Source: an uncultured Candidatus Saccharibacteria bacterium (GTDB lineage Bacteria > Patescibacteriota > Minisyncoccia > Phycocordibacterales > UBA9973). Taken from it: a DNA stretch of 52,168 nt. The stretch covers positions 52,659 through 104,826 of the forward strand of contig CAYVZI010000002.1 of NCBI GenBank assembly GCA_964456475.1, read 5' to 3'. The position numbers and the translations under genes are program-made. Of this stretch, positions 10,262-20,573 are shown one piece after another (position 1 is the stretch's first letter; the number at the start of each line of letters is the position of its first letter). The notes below the pieces were generated by a model. It was not told the origin of the DNA. It saw nothing but the letters and a program-made list of their open reading frames with translations, and made no database searches.

Positions 10262-11476
10262 TTATCCAATCGCACTTACCAAGCCATACATTGGTGAAAT
10301 CATCGAAATAGCGAAGAACCCTACAGCTCCACCGATAAACACCATGAGCACTGGCTCAATAATAGTCGACATATCCTTGGTCTTTGCGTCGACTTCCTCT
10401 TCATAATAAATCGCAATATCAGAAAGCATCTGTGAAAGCGCACCTGTCTCCTCCCCCACAGCAATCATTTCACCCATCATTACAGGGTACAAGTCTTGAT
10501 TGTCTTTAAACACGGAAGAAAGAGATGAACCTTTTTGCACGGCGAGATTAGCTTTTTCAATAACTTCTCGATAGTGCACATTTTGCAAAACTTCCTTGGT
10601 GATTGTGAGAGCACGAGTCATCTCCACACCAGAAGTAAGGAGCGTGGAGAGCGTTCGTGCCGTACGAGCTGTATTTACTTCTTTAATAAGCATACCTATT
10701 GCTGGAAGTTTGAGTGTTAGGGCATCAATTTTTGGTTTCAATTTTTCAGACCGGAAGATATACATTCCTCCGACGACAATCACGCCGACGACACCCAAAA
10801 ATATGAATGGGTGATTTGCCACCGAATCCGAAATGAAGATGACAAACTTGGTTGATGCAGGCAAAGCGGTTCCGAATTCTTTAAAAATCTTGGTGAGTGT
10901 CGGCACCACAAACATGAGCATAAGTGTAGCGATAATAAAGATAGCCGCGACGATAATTGACGGATACATCATCGCACTTTTAATTTTGCGATTGAGGTCG
11001 TATGTCTTTTGTAAATTGACACCGATATCACCGAGTGTGTTGGATAGATTTCCTGACTCTTCTCCGGCACGCACCATTGAGACCATTAGCGGACTGAATA
11101 CTTTTGGAAATTTTGCAAAACCATCCGAAAGAGTCCCACCCTTGTCTATTGTAGAAAGCAGTCCAACAAACACATCCTCGAGAGCAGGATTTTTATTTTG
11201 CTTCTTGAGTACCTCAATTGCACGAAAGAGCGGCAGTCCCGCCTTGAGCATTCCGGCAAGATTATGTGTAAAAATTATTTTTTCATGCAACTTTACTTTG
11301 CCAAAAAACTTGGCGAATTTGTCCGAAAAACTCACTTCTGTTTTGATTTCAGTCAGCGAAAGAGGCAAGATCCCTCGATCGCGCAATTCTTTGGCTGCAG
11401 TAAACCGACTCACTGAGTCAATCACGCCTTGTAAAGTTTTTCCTTGCGCATCACGCGCAGTATAAGTAAATTGCAT
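10262..11476 (-). CDS. pilC: Type IV pilus platform protein PilC (T2SS F family)
   Basis: LAGMLKAGLPL, AGEESGNL, KIKSAMMYP, VGEETGAL, IIEPVLMV. Confidence 0.96.
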   Translation of the reverse strand: MQFTYTARDAQGKTLQGVIDSVSRFTAAKELRDRGILPLSLTEIKTEVSFSDKFAKFFGKVKLHEKIIFTHNLAGMLKAGLPLFRAIEVLKKQNKNPALEDVFVGLLSTIDKGGTLSDGFAKFPKVFSPLMVSMVRAGEESGNLSNTLGDIGVNLQKTYDLNRKIKSAMMYPSIIVAAIFIIATLMLMFVVPTLTKIFKEFGTALPASTKFVIFISDSVANHPFIFLGVVGVIVVGGMYIFRSEKLKPKIDALTLKLPAIGMLIKEVNTARTARTLSTLLTSGVEMTRALTITKEVLQNVHYREVIEKANLAVQKGSSLSSVFKDNQDLYPVMMGEMIAVGEETGALSQMLSDIAIYYEEEVDAKTKDMSTIIEPVLMVFIGGAVGFFAISMISPMYGLVSAIG

Positions 11477-11480
11477 AAAT

Positions 11481-11901
11481 AAAATCTAAGTCCTAAATTC
11501 TAAAACCTAAAGAGAACTGGCTGTTTTTGTTACTATCGCACCAAGAATTTTCATCAATTCGGTATTTTCTTGTACTATAATGTTTTTTTCATTCAAAAAA
11601 TTCCCTTCTTCAATTAAATCAAGCCAAAATATGGACTCTTTGGCTTCCTTTCGACAAATTTTGACCCTCATCAAAAAATCTTTTCTACTCAACGATTCCG
11701 CGGCTTCAATAAAGTTGGCTCCGATTGATGCAGACGATCGAATTAATTGTTTAGAATATTCCAGATTACTTTGAGAGCGCGGAATCAATTTTAAAAAATC
11801 ACGTACTGTTTTTGCAAATACTCTTGTCCTATCTTCTAGTTTATATTGTTTAGGCTCGGTTTGCATTCTTTAGAATTTAGAACTTAGGATTTAGAATTTT
11901 G
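11481..11901 (-). mobile_element. Four-helix-bundle cassette flanked by inverted 7-mer arrays, between pilB and pilC
   Basis: Left aatctaa-gtcctaa-attctaa-aacctaa; right ttagaat-ttagaac-ttaggat-ttagaat; mobility is inferred only. Confidence 0.55.
11507..11866 (-). CDS. Four helix bundle protein (TIGR02436 / 23S rRNA IVS-protein-like)
   Basis: KQLIRSSASIGANFIEA, SRKDFLMRVKICRKEAKESIFWL. Confidence 0.92.
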   Translation of the reverse strand: MQTEPKQYKLEDRTRVFAKTVRDFLKLIPRSQSNLEYSKQLIRSSASIGANFIEAAESLSRKDFLMRVKICRKEAKESIFWLDLIEEGNFLNEKNIIVQENTELMKILGAIVTKTASSL

Positions 11902-11922
11902 AAGTTCTCCGTGTTATTTCCG

Positions 11923-13680
11923 CTACTCGGAAATAACACGGAGAACTTCTTCCGTTGTTGTTTGCCCTTGCACTGCCAAGAAGAATCCATCTTCGATCAT
12001 AGTCATCATTCCCTCCTTCTTTGCCTGTTCTTCGATTTGCGCTTGCGACGAACCCTTCAAAATAAGCTCTTTGATGGTGTTTGAAACTTCAAGCACCTCA
12101 TGGATACCCACGCGGCCTTTATATCCATCTTCTGACTCTTCATTTTTCTTCGCTCGATACAGTGGAATTGTGTCCCAGGTAGCATCATCAGCTACGACTT
12201 TTTCGGCTTTAAGGAACGTGAGTACTCGATCAAGGTCCACAATCTTTCCGATTGAATCAATCTCGGCCTTTGTCGGAGTATACTTTTCTTTTATTGAAGT
12301 AAGTTTACGCACGAGACGTTGAGCGATGATAGTTTTGACTGTCGAGACAATAAGGAACGGTTCGACTCCCATATCAATCATACGGGGAATCGCACCGGCG
12401 GCTGAGTTTGTATGGATTGTCGAAAGCACAAGATGTCCAGTGAGTGATGCATTAACCGCAAGACTTGCCGTCTCGCCATCACGAATTTCCCCGACCATGA
12501 TAATGTCCGGGTCTTGACGAAGTAACGTGCGCAAACCGTTGGCAAATGTGAGTCCTATCTCGGGCTTCACCTGTGTCTGATTGATGCGTGGCATCTGATA
12601 TTCGATTGGATCTTCTACCGTCGAAATATTCACATCTGTGGTATTGAGCAAATCAAGGACAGTATAGAGTGTCGTTGTCTTACCTGACCCGGTCGGTCCA
12701 GCAGCAAGGATCATTCCTGTTTTCTTTTTCATTGCAGTATGAATGCGTTCGAATGCTTCTCCGTGAAAACCAAGTCCTTCGAGTGAGTACCCGTGCGAGT
12801 TCTCGCGGAGTAGACGCATGACGACTTTCTCACCATAGTATGTAGGAAGTGTTGAGACACGAAATGAGACTTTTTCTCCTTCATTACTGATTTTGAAACG
12901 TCCATCTTGTGGTAAACGTTTTTCATCAAGCTTCAAATTGGAAAGTACTTTGATACGAGCAACAATTCCCGGTGCCACATCCTTTGGAAGCGTCATCGCA
13001 TCATGCAAAATACCATCAATACGATATCGCACCACCATCGCATCCTCTTCCGGCTCAATATGAATATCAGAAGTCCCCTGGCTCACTGCATGAGCAATGA
13101 GCGTGTCCACGATTTTGACAATTGGCAAATCTTCAGCAAGTTCCTTGAGATCCTTTTCGCTCTTTTCAGATCCTTCATCATCATTTTCAGTTTGAACAGA
13201 AACAGATTCCTTTGAGATGATAGTGTCGAAGTCGGCTTTCAGACTTTTTTTGTATTGCTGCAATGCACCTTTGATTGAAATCTCATCTGTAAGTACAGGT
13301 ATAATCTTGAGTCCTGTTTTCTTTTTTACGAAATCGATTGTAGGCAAATCATCTACGTCGAGCATTGCCACTTCAAGTGTATTGTCGGTCTTTTTGAATG
13401 CAATAACATTATTTGTGCGAGCAATCGGCTCAGGGATGAGCGAAAGTGTAGCAAAATCGATTTTTTCAGTACCCAAATTTACAAAAGGTATTCCTATGAT
13501 ATACGCCTCAATTCGTTTCAGTTCGCTCATCTTCAACTTTCCAGCAGAGACGAGTGCGCTTCCCAGATTTCCTTTGTTTGATTGTACCTCGGGAGACTGT
13601 TCAGCATTCGCAATATCAGTCGGCGAAACAAGTCCGGACTCTACGATAAACTTTTTTAATTGGGTGGCATCAATTTGCAT
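11923..13680 (-). CDS. pilB: Type IV pilus assembly ATPase PilB (GspE/PulE family)
   Basis: SDIHIEP, RLPQDGR, Walker A GPTGSGKTTT, LRQDPDIIMVGEIRD, STIHTNSA; probable start MQIDATQL at 13680. Confidence 0.96.
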   Translation of the reverse strand: MQIDATQLKKFIVESGLVSPTDIANAEQSPEVQSNKGNLGSALVSAGKLKMSELKRIEAYIIGIPFVNLGTEKIDFATLSLIPEPIARTNNVIAFKKTDNTLEVAMLDVDDLPTIDFVKKKTGLKIIPVLTDEISIKGALQQYKKSLKADFDTIISKESVSVQTENDDEGSEKSEKDLKELAEDLPIVKIVDTLIAHAVSQGTSDIHIEPEEDAMVVRYRIDGILHDAMTLPKDVAPGIVARIKVLSNLKLDEKRLPQDGRFKISNEGEKVSFRVSTLPTYYGEKVVMRLLRENSHGYSLEGLGFHGEAFERIHTAMKKKTGMILAAGPTGSGKTTTLYTVLDLLNTTDVNISTVEDPIEYQMPRINQTQVKPEIGLTFANGLRTLLRQDPDIIMVGEIRDGETASLAVNASLTGHLVLSTIHTNSAAGAIPRMIDMGVEPFLIVSTVKTIIAQRLVRKLTSIKEKYTPTKAEIDSIGKIVDLDRVLTFLKAEKVVADDATWDTIPLYRAKKNEESEDGYKGRVGIHEVLEVSNTIKELILKGSSQAQIEEQAKKEGMMTMIEDGFFLAVQGQTTTEEVLRVISE

Positions 13681-13780
13681 AACTATATACATATAGTATA
13701 TCAACAAAACACAAGAACATGAAAACAAAATTAAAAAAACCTTACACGAATGTGTAAGGTTTTTTACTAACGAACAGAAG

Positions 13781-15016
13781 TTAATAAGGAAACATTTTTC
13801 CGGCACGCGGATTAGCCCAAACATAGTTTCCTTCATCTTGAGATGATCGACAATACTGGTATGGAGTGATTGTGCCTTCGTTTTGATAATAGTTATCACG
13901 CCAACCTGAACCTGGTCCTGCCCAAAGCCAGTTGCCTGAGAGAGATGTCGAACTGGAGAGGCCTGCACAAGCACGATACGGTTGACCAGCAGTACCACTG
14001 CGAGCGTCACCTTGTGGCACAACCATGTACATAGTATTAAACGCATAATCACCTGGGTGTTTACAATTCGTACCGTCCTGACGACAGACGCTCTGTCCGC
14101 CAACGGTGAGGTTTCCGCTGATATCTGCATTGCCAGTGACAGAGAGTTGGTTCGAAGGAGCTCCTCCTGCACCGAGACGAAGACCTGTTGAAATGATTCC
14201 AACGCCAGATACATATAGATTTCCACGACCATTAATTACTCCATCCACATCAAGCTTATGAAGTGGTGCAGCGACTCCGATACCGACAGATCCAGTATTG
14301 TTGCTGTAAATATTTGCACCAGAAACTGTCCATGGACCAGCTCCTGTTGTTGTGCCTGTTCCTGTACTTGTTGGACATCCTGCTCCGCTTTGATTACAAA
14401 CAGGATAGCCTCCTACATAGAGCCAGTGCTTTGTTGTAGTTGGATTTGATCCAAATGGACCCTTCACCACAACCTGTCCGTCAAAAACTGCTGCGGCACG
14501 ACTGAAGCGATATCCAGCTGGAACACTTTCAGAATCTGGACCATCAACATACAACATTGGTGCTGGTGTACCCGATGCCGAAGTGTAGATTGATGATGAT
14601 AGTGCACCGATTGAGGTTACACCTTGCAAGAAAGTTGATCCCCAGTTTGAAAATCCAGTCGTATCAGTGATTCCGTTTACTGTAAGTGCTGAACCTGGAG
14701 TCCATCCTGAAGTTGGCATTGGACAAGGAACAGATCCGAGTGTGAGCTTACCTGGTTTCCATTGTGCTGTTCCGCTTACATTCACTGGTGCAGCAACATT
14801 GCCTCCCGGTGCGAGTGGTGTACTTCCTGGTGCAGTCCATGTCGAACCCGAACCAGATCCACCTCCACAAGGATCAGTATATGTAGTAGTTGCCGTAGCA
14901 CCCCCAGAGGTCGTACCACTACCGATTGGTCCGGCCGCTCCTACTACCCCAGCCATTCCGAGAATGACACTGAGTGAGAGAACTATTTTTGCACTGTTTG
15001 TAATTGTAGCTTTCAT
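13781..15016 (-). CDS. Secreted fibre-like surface protein
   Basis: N-terminal signal/anchor; GNVAAPVNVSGTAQ, SVGIGVAAPLHKLDVDG fibre-type repeat; Cys-containing C-terminal module. Confidence 0.75.
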   Translation of the reverse strand: MKATITNSAKIVLSLSVILGMAGVVGAAGPIGSGTTSGGATATTTYTDPCGGGSGSGSTWTAPGSTPLAPGGNVAAPVNVSGTAQWKPGKLTLGSVPCPMPTSGWTPGSALTVNGITDTTGFSNWGSTFLQGVTSIGALSSSIYTSASGTPAPMLYVDGPDSESVPAGYRFSRAAAVFDGQVVVKGPFGSNPTTTKHWLYVGGYPVCNQSGAGCPTSTGTGTTTGAGPWTVSGANIYSNNTGSVGIGVAAPLHKLDVDGVINGRGNLYVSGVGIISTGLRLGAGGAPSNQLSVTGNADISGNLTVGGQSVCRQDGTNCKHPGDYAFNTMYMVVPQGDARSGTAGQPYRACAGLSSSTSLSGNWLWAGPGSGWRDNYYQNEGTITPYQYCRSSQDEGNYVWANPRAGKMFPY

Positions 15017-15079
15017 GGTTTTATAAAAAATTTATTAATAATATTTGTATCCCTACTTTCTATTTTCTACTAACTAGTT

Positions 15080-16684
15080 TTAGATTTCTATCCACGGTGG
15101 ACGAACACGACCTCCGGGACCTCCCGCACCTGGCTTAGCAATCTTGTAAGTGAATGGATCACAAATGATTGGTGTTCCAGTGTATCCAGTACCTGATCTC
15201 GCATTAATGGTGACAGTCTGTGAAGCAGGGGATGTGGGCATTGTGCCAGTGAGTCCAACCTTGAATGTATCCGAAATCGATCCAATAGTTGACGGCGTGA
15301 TTGTATTGGTAATGTTTGCGGTTCCACCAGTTGGAGTCATTGTCAGATACATCGTGGTTGGAATAGTAGAAGAACTCAGTCCTGTCCACGAAATTTTGAG
15401 TGTAGATAATGAAAGGGGTGGGAGAGAAGCACCAGGAGTAAACACATCGGTCGCACTAGTGTAGTTAGCAGAATCAACAACTGCACATGAAGGTGGCACA
15501 ACTAGGACTCGAAGAGTCTTCACAATTGGTGCCCCACCGATTGCCGGAGTACACGACATCGTAAAAGTACTATTACCACTAATACCTCCAAAGATTTCGT
15601 TGTGCGGTCCGTTCGATGATGGTTTTGAAGTACCTGTCCATAATGAGTATCCAAATCCTGATGTTCCTGTACATGAACTCATTTGATTAGTGGTCCAAAC
15701 AAAGTTGATCGGAGCCCCGTGTGCAACAGAAAGAGTTGGAAGAGATCCACCTGGAGTAACTCCAGTCACCCCATTCGCCTTAAAATCAAGAGATGGCGCA
15801 GCAGGCTGTACGGTGATAATGACTGTGTCAGTTGCGGTCGCGGGAGTTGCGCCGACGGCACTCGTACAAGTAATAGTGTAGCTGTATGTTGCCGATGTTG
15901 TTGTTGAGGTATTTGCTGGCACAACGACGGCAACGCCCGTACTAGCACTAGTTGCAGTCCGTGCACCAGTCCAATTACCAGAGGCTGTACATGGTGTAGT
16001 GGTTGTAGTATCAAGACTCGATGAAACCCAAGTAAGATTTGCGGTTCCACCAGCCGAGCTCATTGTGAGAGCATCTGATCCATCAGCTTTGATATCTACC
16101 ATTGGTGTTCCGATAGTTGGAGTCATAGTCACGCCAGTGAAATTCACCCAGCCTACGTTTGTAGAACCCCAAGCGAATCCTCCGAATGCTCCCGTGGTTG
16201 GATTTGCAGTGACTCCGTATGTTGAACCTGTGGCACCTGATTTCAAGCTAATACATCCGTCAGCACCAGACGCCGGAGTTCCAGACATTACCCAAGCGAA
16301 TCCTGAAACAGTTCCGTCTGCCGCGATTGTCGGAGCTGAAGCACAATGTGCTGTGACCTGCGAAGCATTAAAACTAACCCATCCTACGTTAGAACTCCAT
16401 GCATATCCAGAAAAAGCACCGGTTGTTGCATCAATCGATACTGCGTAGGGAGAAGCAGTACAAACACTTCCTCCGACTGAGTTACCTTCAAGACAGTTTG
16501 TACTAATCCAGCCAATGGTCGAACTCCATGCATATCCATGCAATTCACCGCCGAGAGTCCCCGCCGCTTGTGATTTTTGAGAAAAAGCGACCGTGAGGCC
16601 AATAGCTCCAACCAATACAGCCATAACAAGTCCAAAAACATGAAGATGTGCTTTTTTTGTCGATGAAATGTGCAATGTATTCAT
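15080..16684 (-). CDS. Secreted Thr/Ser-rich surface protein with G(Y/F)AW repeats and Ig-like modules
   Basis: GYAWSSTIGWIS, GYAWSSNVGWVS, GFAWGSTNVGWVN repeats; paired-Cys xYTITC modules. Confidence 0.8.
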   Translation of the reverse strand: MNTLHISSTKKAHLHVFGLVMAVLVGAIGLTVAFSQKSQAAGTLGGELHGYAWSSTIGWISTNCLEGNSVGGSVCTASPYAVSIDATTGAFSGYAWSSNVGWVSFNASQVTAHCASAPTIAADGTVSGFAWVMSGTPASGADGCISLKSGATGSTYGVTANPTTGAFGGFAWGSTNVGWVNFTGVTMTPTIGTPMVDIKADGSDALTMSSAGGTANLTWVSSSLDTTTTTPCTASGNWTGARTATSASTGVAVVVPANTSTTTSATYSYTITCTSAVGATPATATDTVIITVQPAAPSLDFKANGVTGVTPGGSLPTLSVAHGAPINFVWTTNQMSSCTGTSGFGYSLWTGTSKPSSNGPHNEIFGGISGNSTFTMSCTPAIGGAPIVKTLRVLVVPPSCAVVDSANYTSATDVFTPGASLPPLSLSTLKISWTGLSSSTIPTTMYLTMTPTGGTANITNTITPSTIGSISDTFKVGLTGTMPTSPASQTVTINARSGTGYTGTPIICDPFTYKIAKPGAGGPGGRVRPPWIEI

Positions 16685-16686
16685 AA

Positions 16687-17046
16687 TTATTGTGAAGATG
16701 ACGACATAATACTATCAATAACTGATTGTTTTTCCTCCAAAGTAACGGTATTTTCGGGAGTTGCCTTTTTTTGAGAAGGAACAGTGCTTTCTTTTTGGAT
16801 TTGGTCGAGTATAGGACGTTTTGTTACATTTGTGGTTTCCCCATACTGAATCGATTCATTCGCGATCTGATCAATAATTACCGCACGCTCTTCGTAGATT
16901 GAAGAATTACTCGATCCAAAGTTCTGATACAGAAGCCACCCAACGACAACTGCCGCACAGAGAACAAACGCAACCGCTACCATTCGTCGCTTTTTTGCAT
17001 CTGGAATTGAAGAAGGAACACTTGAGATAGGTGTTTGAGAATCCAT
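16687..17046 (-). CDS. Hypothetical single-pass membrane protein
   Basis: KKRR followed by a 20-residue hydrophobic helix; co-oriented with the pilus locus. Confidence 0.7.
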   Translation of the reverse strand: MDSQTPISSVPSSIPDAKKRRMVAVAFVLCAAVVVGWLLYQNFGSSNSSIYEERAVIIDQIANESIQYGETTNVTKRPILDQIQKESTVPSQKKATPENTVTLEEKQSVIDSIMSSSSQ

Positions 17047-17141
17047 ATACTATATATAGTACCACCTATTCAAAAAATCTATTTGTGTTTTAGGGTGTGG
17101 AAAACCAAAACTAGTGAACAATTTTTCTTTTTTAGTATTAT

Positions 17142-17170
17142 TTGACACCTTTTCCCCTTCGGAGTATACT
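17142..17170 (+). promoter_or_regulatory. Sigma70 promoter of nusA
   Basis: TTGACA-N17-TATACT. Confidence 0.75.
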
Positions 17171-17266
17171 AATTTCGTTACCAATTAATGTATTTGCAGG
17201 TATGTCGGCCAATTTGGACCGGCAATTTTTTTATCAAAATTTAATAGTTTGGAATGTATTGTATAG

Positions 17267-17303
17267 ACTAAACCCTATCCCCTACACCCTAACCCCTAAT
17301 CCC
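17267..17303 (+). repeat. 7-mer tandem array abutting nusA start
   Basis: ccctatc-ccctaca-ccctaac-ccctaat-ccc-ATG. Confidence 0.7.
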
Positions 17304-18494
17304 ATGTTAGACCTCAAAGCCCTCAATATCGCACTCGATCAGCTCGAAGCTGAGAAGCATGTGCCTCGTGAAAAGATCATCGACGCCATCGAGCAAGCGC
17401 TCGCTGCTGCGTACAAAAAAGACTACGGTAAACGTGGTCAGATCGTTCGCGCCCATTTCAATCTTGAAACAGGTATCACTGAATTTTCTCAAATCAAAGT
17501 CGTTGCTGATGAATCGACTGTGTACTTCATCGAAGAAGGTGAAGACGCTCCGGAACTTCCTGAAGGCGACGAACGCGTTCGCTACAATCCAGAGCACCAC
17601 ATTCTTCTCGAAGATGCTCGCATCATGAAATCAAACGCCGAAGTCGGCGAAGAAATCGCATTCCCTCTTGAATCAAAGGAAGATTACGGACGTATCGCAG
17701 CCCAGACAGCAAAGCAGGTTATCATCCAGCGCATTCGAGAAGCTGAACACGGCGCAATCATGACTGAATTCGGCGGACACGAAGGCGACGTTATTTCTGG
17801 AATCATTCAGAAATTGGAACGCGGAATCGTGTACATCGAAATCGGTCGCGTCACTGCAATCCTTCCAAAAGAAGAGCAGATTCCAAACGAATTCTATCGT
17901 CGTGGCGAACGCATCCGTGCATATCTCTATGCAGTGGAAGAATCTCCACGCGGAGTATCACTCAAGGTTTCTCGCACACATCCAAAATTCATCCAAGCGC
18001 TCTTTGCACAAGAAGCTCCGGAAATCGCATCAGGTACGGTTGAGATCAAATCAATCGCCCGCGAAGCAGGTGCTCGCACAAAGATCGCAGTCTACTCTGC
18101 AGACGAACATGTTGATCCAGTCGGATCATGTGTGGGTCAAAAAGGAATTCGCGTAACTACAGTCATGAGCGAACTCGGCAATGAAAAGATCGACATCATC
18201 GAATGGAATCAAGACGCAGCAAAATTCGTTTCAGCTGCACTCTCTCCTGCAAAAGCACTCTCTGTAGTCATCGACGACACACAACACACCGCATCAGTTG
18301 AAGTTGCAGAAGACCAGCTCTCACTCGCAATCGGAAAAGGCGGACAGAACGTTCGTCTCGCAGCAAAACTTACTGGTTGGAGAATCGACATCAAGGGCGT
18401 AGGCGGTGCAACAGTTTCATCTGACGGTGATTCTGTAGAAATTCCAGAAGAAGTAGTTGAAGCTGTCGAAGAAACACCAAAAGACGAAGCGTAA
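17304..18494 (+). CDS. nusA: Transcription termination/antitermination factor NusA
   Basis: FGRIAAQTAKQ-like YGRIAAQTAKQVIIQRIREAE, AREAGARTKIAV, CVGQKG, LSLAIGKGGQNVRLAAKLTGWRIDIK. Confidence 0.98.
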   Translation: MLDLKALNIALDQLEAEKHVPREKIIDAIEQALAAAYKKDYGKRGQIVRAHFNLETGITEFSQIKVVADESTVYFIEEGEDAPELPEGDERVRYNPEHHILLEDARIMKSNAEVGEEIAFPLESKEDYGRIAAQTAKQVIIQRIREAEHGAIMTEFGGHEGDVISGIIQKLERGIVYIEIGRVTAILPKEEQIPNEFYRRGERIRAYLYAVEESPRGVSLKVSRTHPKFIQALFAQEAPEIASGTVEIKSIAREAGARTKIAVYSADEHVDPVGSCVGQKGIRVTTVMSELGNEKIDIIEWNQDAAKFVSAALSPAKALSVVIDDTQHTASVEVAEDQLSLAIGKGGQNVRLAAKLTGWRIDIKGVGGATVSSDGDSVEIPEEVVEAVEETPKDEA

Positions 18495-18608
18495 TTTGTA
18501 TTTCCCCTCATTTACTAAGGAGGGGTGGCGGTACTCAGACGGGGTGGTTCCAAAATTTCATTCCTAATTCCTAATTATTAATTATTAATTCCTAATTATT
18601 TTTAGCCC

Positions 18609-19193
18609 ATGGCCAACATCAATCACGAACCATCAAAATACATGCTCAATCTTTTGCATGTCCTTCCTCCATTCGTAGACGAATCAACAAATGTAATTAA
18701 TGCAATTGTTGAAGTCTCTGCCGGATCAATCAATAAATACGAACTTATCACCGAAAGCGGACAACTCAAGCTCGATCGCGTTGGATATTCATCAATGGCA
18801 TATCCATTCTCATACGGTGCGATTCCAATGACTTGGGATTATGACAATGACCCACTCGATGTAGAAATTGTAAATATTACAGAACCGCTTGTCCCTGGAT
18901 CACTTGTAGAGGTACGTGTCATCGGTGTAATGAAATTCATCGACGGCGGAGAAGTAGACGACAAAATCATTGCAGTTGTTGCAAGCGACAAACGCCAAGA
19001 ACACACCACTCACGTTGATCAGCTTGGTGAATACTTCAAAACAGAAACAAAATATTTCTGGGAAAATATCAAAGCTCTCAAGAAGCCAGGCACGGGAGTC
19101 GTAGAGACTTTCCATGGACCGGAAGAAGCAATGAAAGTAATTAAAGAATGTGCTGAAAAATATCAAACCGAATACGCCTCAAAAGTGAAATAA
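18609..19193 (+). CDS. ppa: Family I inorganic pyrophosphatase
   Basis: NKYE, KLDR, YPFSYGAIP, DNDPLD, DGGEVDDKIIAV. Confidence 0.93.
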   Translation: MANINHEPSKYMLNLLHVLPPFVDESTNVINAIVEVSAGSINKYELITESGQLKLDRVGYSSMAYPFSYGAIPMTWDYDNDPLDVEIVNITEPLVPGSLVEVRVIGVMKFIDGGEVDDKIIAVVASDKRQEHTTHVDQLGEYFKTETKYFWENIKALKKPGTGVVETFHGPEEAMKVIKECAEKYQTEYASKVK

Positions 19194-19226
19194 CTACTCC
19201 CTTATCACTAATCCCTTTTCCCTAGA

Positions 19227-20270
19227 ATGAAAAAAACAATCAAAAAATTACCTAAAAGCGAGACGGCTATTGAAGTCTCAATCCCTGCAGATGTATTTGA
19301 ATCATATCGTGCAAAGGCTGTGGCTCGCGCTGGCGCAGAGATGGAATTCCCTGGATTCCGCAAAGGTAAAGCTCCTGCTGAAGTAATCGAAAAGAACCTC
19401 GTCCCTATGGCACTTCTCGAGGAGATGGCCGACCTTGCTATTAATGAGCACTTCCCGAAAATCCTTGTCGATGAAAAGATTGATGCCGTTGGACGACCAA
19501 AGATCCAGATCACCAAGATCACCAAAGGTGACGATCTCGAATTCACCGCGACTGTAGCTGTCCTCCCAGAGCTCAAACTTCCAGACTACAAAAAGATTGC
19601 TGCAAAAGAGAATGAAACGGTAACCGACAATGAAGTGAATGACGACGAACTCGATGGAGCAATCAAAGAATTGAAGAAAGCTCGCGCTCATGACGAGATT
19701 CACAAGAGTGGAGCAGATCACGATCATGCAGAATTCGAAAAACAGGAATTCGATTCGACCCTCACCGATGAATACGTGAAACAGCTTGGGCCATTCGAAA
19801 CTGTAGAAGACTTCAAAGAAAAGTTCCGCGAAAACATCAAGATGGAAAAAGATGGTCGTGATCGAGAAAAGCGTCGCGTCGCAATCCTCGAAGCAATCGG
19901 TGAAAAAGTAGAAGTCGACCTCCCAGATGTTCTTGTAGAAAGCGAACTCCAAAATCTCATTGCTCGCTTGAAAGCTGATATCGCAAACGCCGGCGTACCG
20001 TTCGAGGAATATCTCAAGCACATCAAGAAGACGGAGGCAGACATGGCCAAAGACTTGCGTCCTGATGCCGAGAAGCGTTCAAAGATGGAGCTCATCATGG
20101 TCAAGATTGCCGAAGCGGAAAACATCAAACCAAAAGATGAGGATGTCGAAGCAGAGACCAAGCGTCTCATCCAGACCTACCAAGACGCCGATCCTTTCCG
20201 CGCTGCACAGTATGTAGCTCACATGCTCATGAACGAAGAGATATTTAAGTTTCTTGAATCGCAAAAGTAG
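19227..20270 (+). CDS. tig: Trigger factor (no FKBP/PPIase domain)
   Basis: PGFRKGKAP ribosome-binding loop; C-terminal chaperone domain; upstream of clpP. Confidence 0.93.
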   Translation: MKKTIKKLPKSETAIEVSIPADVFESYRAKAVARAGAEMEFPGFRKGKAPAEVIEKNLVPMALLEEMADLAINEHFPKILVDEKIDAVGRPKIQITKITKGDDLEFTATVAVLPELKLPDYKKIAAKENETVTDNEVNDDELDGAIKELKKARAHDEIHKSGADHDHAEFEKQEFDSTLTDEYVKQLGPFETVEDFKEKFRENIKMEKDGRDREKRRVAILEAIGEKVEVDLPDVLVESELQNLIARLKADIANAGVPFEEYLKHIKKTEADMAKDLRPDAEKRSKMELIMVKIAEAENIKPKDEDVEAETKRLIQTYQDADPFRAAQYVAHMLMNEEIFKFLESQK

Positions 20271-20277
20271 GTATAAG

Positions 20278-20304
20278 AAAATCCCGGCTAGCCGGGATTT
20301 TTTT
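20278..20304 (+). terminator. Intrinsic terminator after tig
   Basis: aaatcccggc-ta-gccgggatttttt. Confidence 0.8.
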
Positions 20305-20320
20305 CATAAAACACAATTAT

Positions 20321-20455
20321 TTATCTTCGGTGTGGAACACCGGGAGTGTGGGGTTTAAAAAACAGGTCCCAAATTATTGAAACCAGAAGAATTCCAATCG
20401 CCGAGGCTGTTATCACATCGACTTTTGTTGCCGTCAAAAACAGTTGTGTGCTCAT
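20321..20455 (-). CDS. Putative 44-aa single-TM peptide (not in ORF track)
   Basis: MSTQLFLTATKVDVITASAIGILLVSIIWDLFFKPHTPGVPHRR*, read manually. Confidence 0.4.
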   Translation of the reverse strand: MSTQLFLTATKVDVITASAIGILLVSIIWDLFFKPHTPGVPHRR

Positions 20456-20573
20456 AAGAATGTTTTTATTAATTTCAGTATACAAGATTCCACAAAATTG
20501 TCTATACTCCTTTTTTAATATTGTATCTGAGCCAGACTGAATTGCATTAAATAAAAAAATACCTCCCTGATTA

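Noticed and set aside
13681-14232. 184-aa N-terminal extension of PilB
   Set aside because: Overlaps the 411-aa surface protein in another frame and crosses a terminator-like hairpin near 13736-13764; not protein-like.
18503-18549. cccctc..gaggggtgg..ggggtgg element after nusA as a novel RNA
   Set aside because: Single copy here; adequately explained as a terminator or REP-like hairpin.
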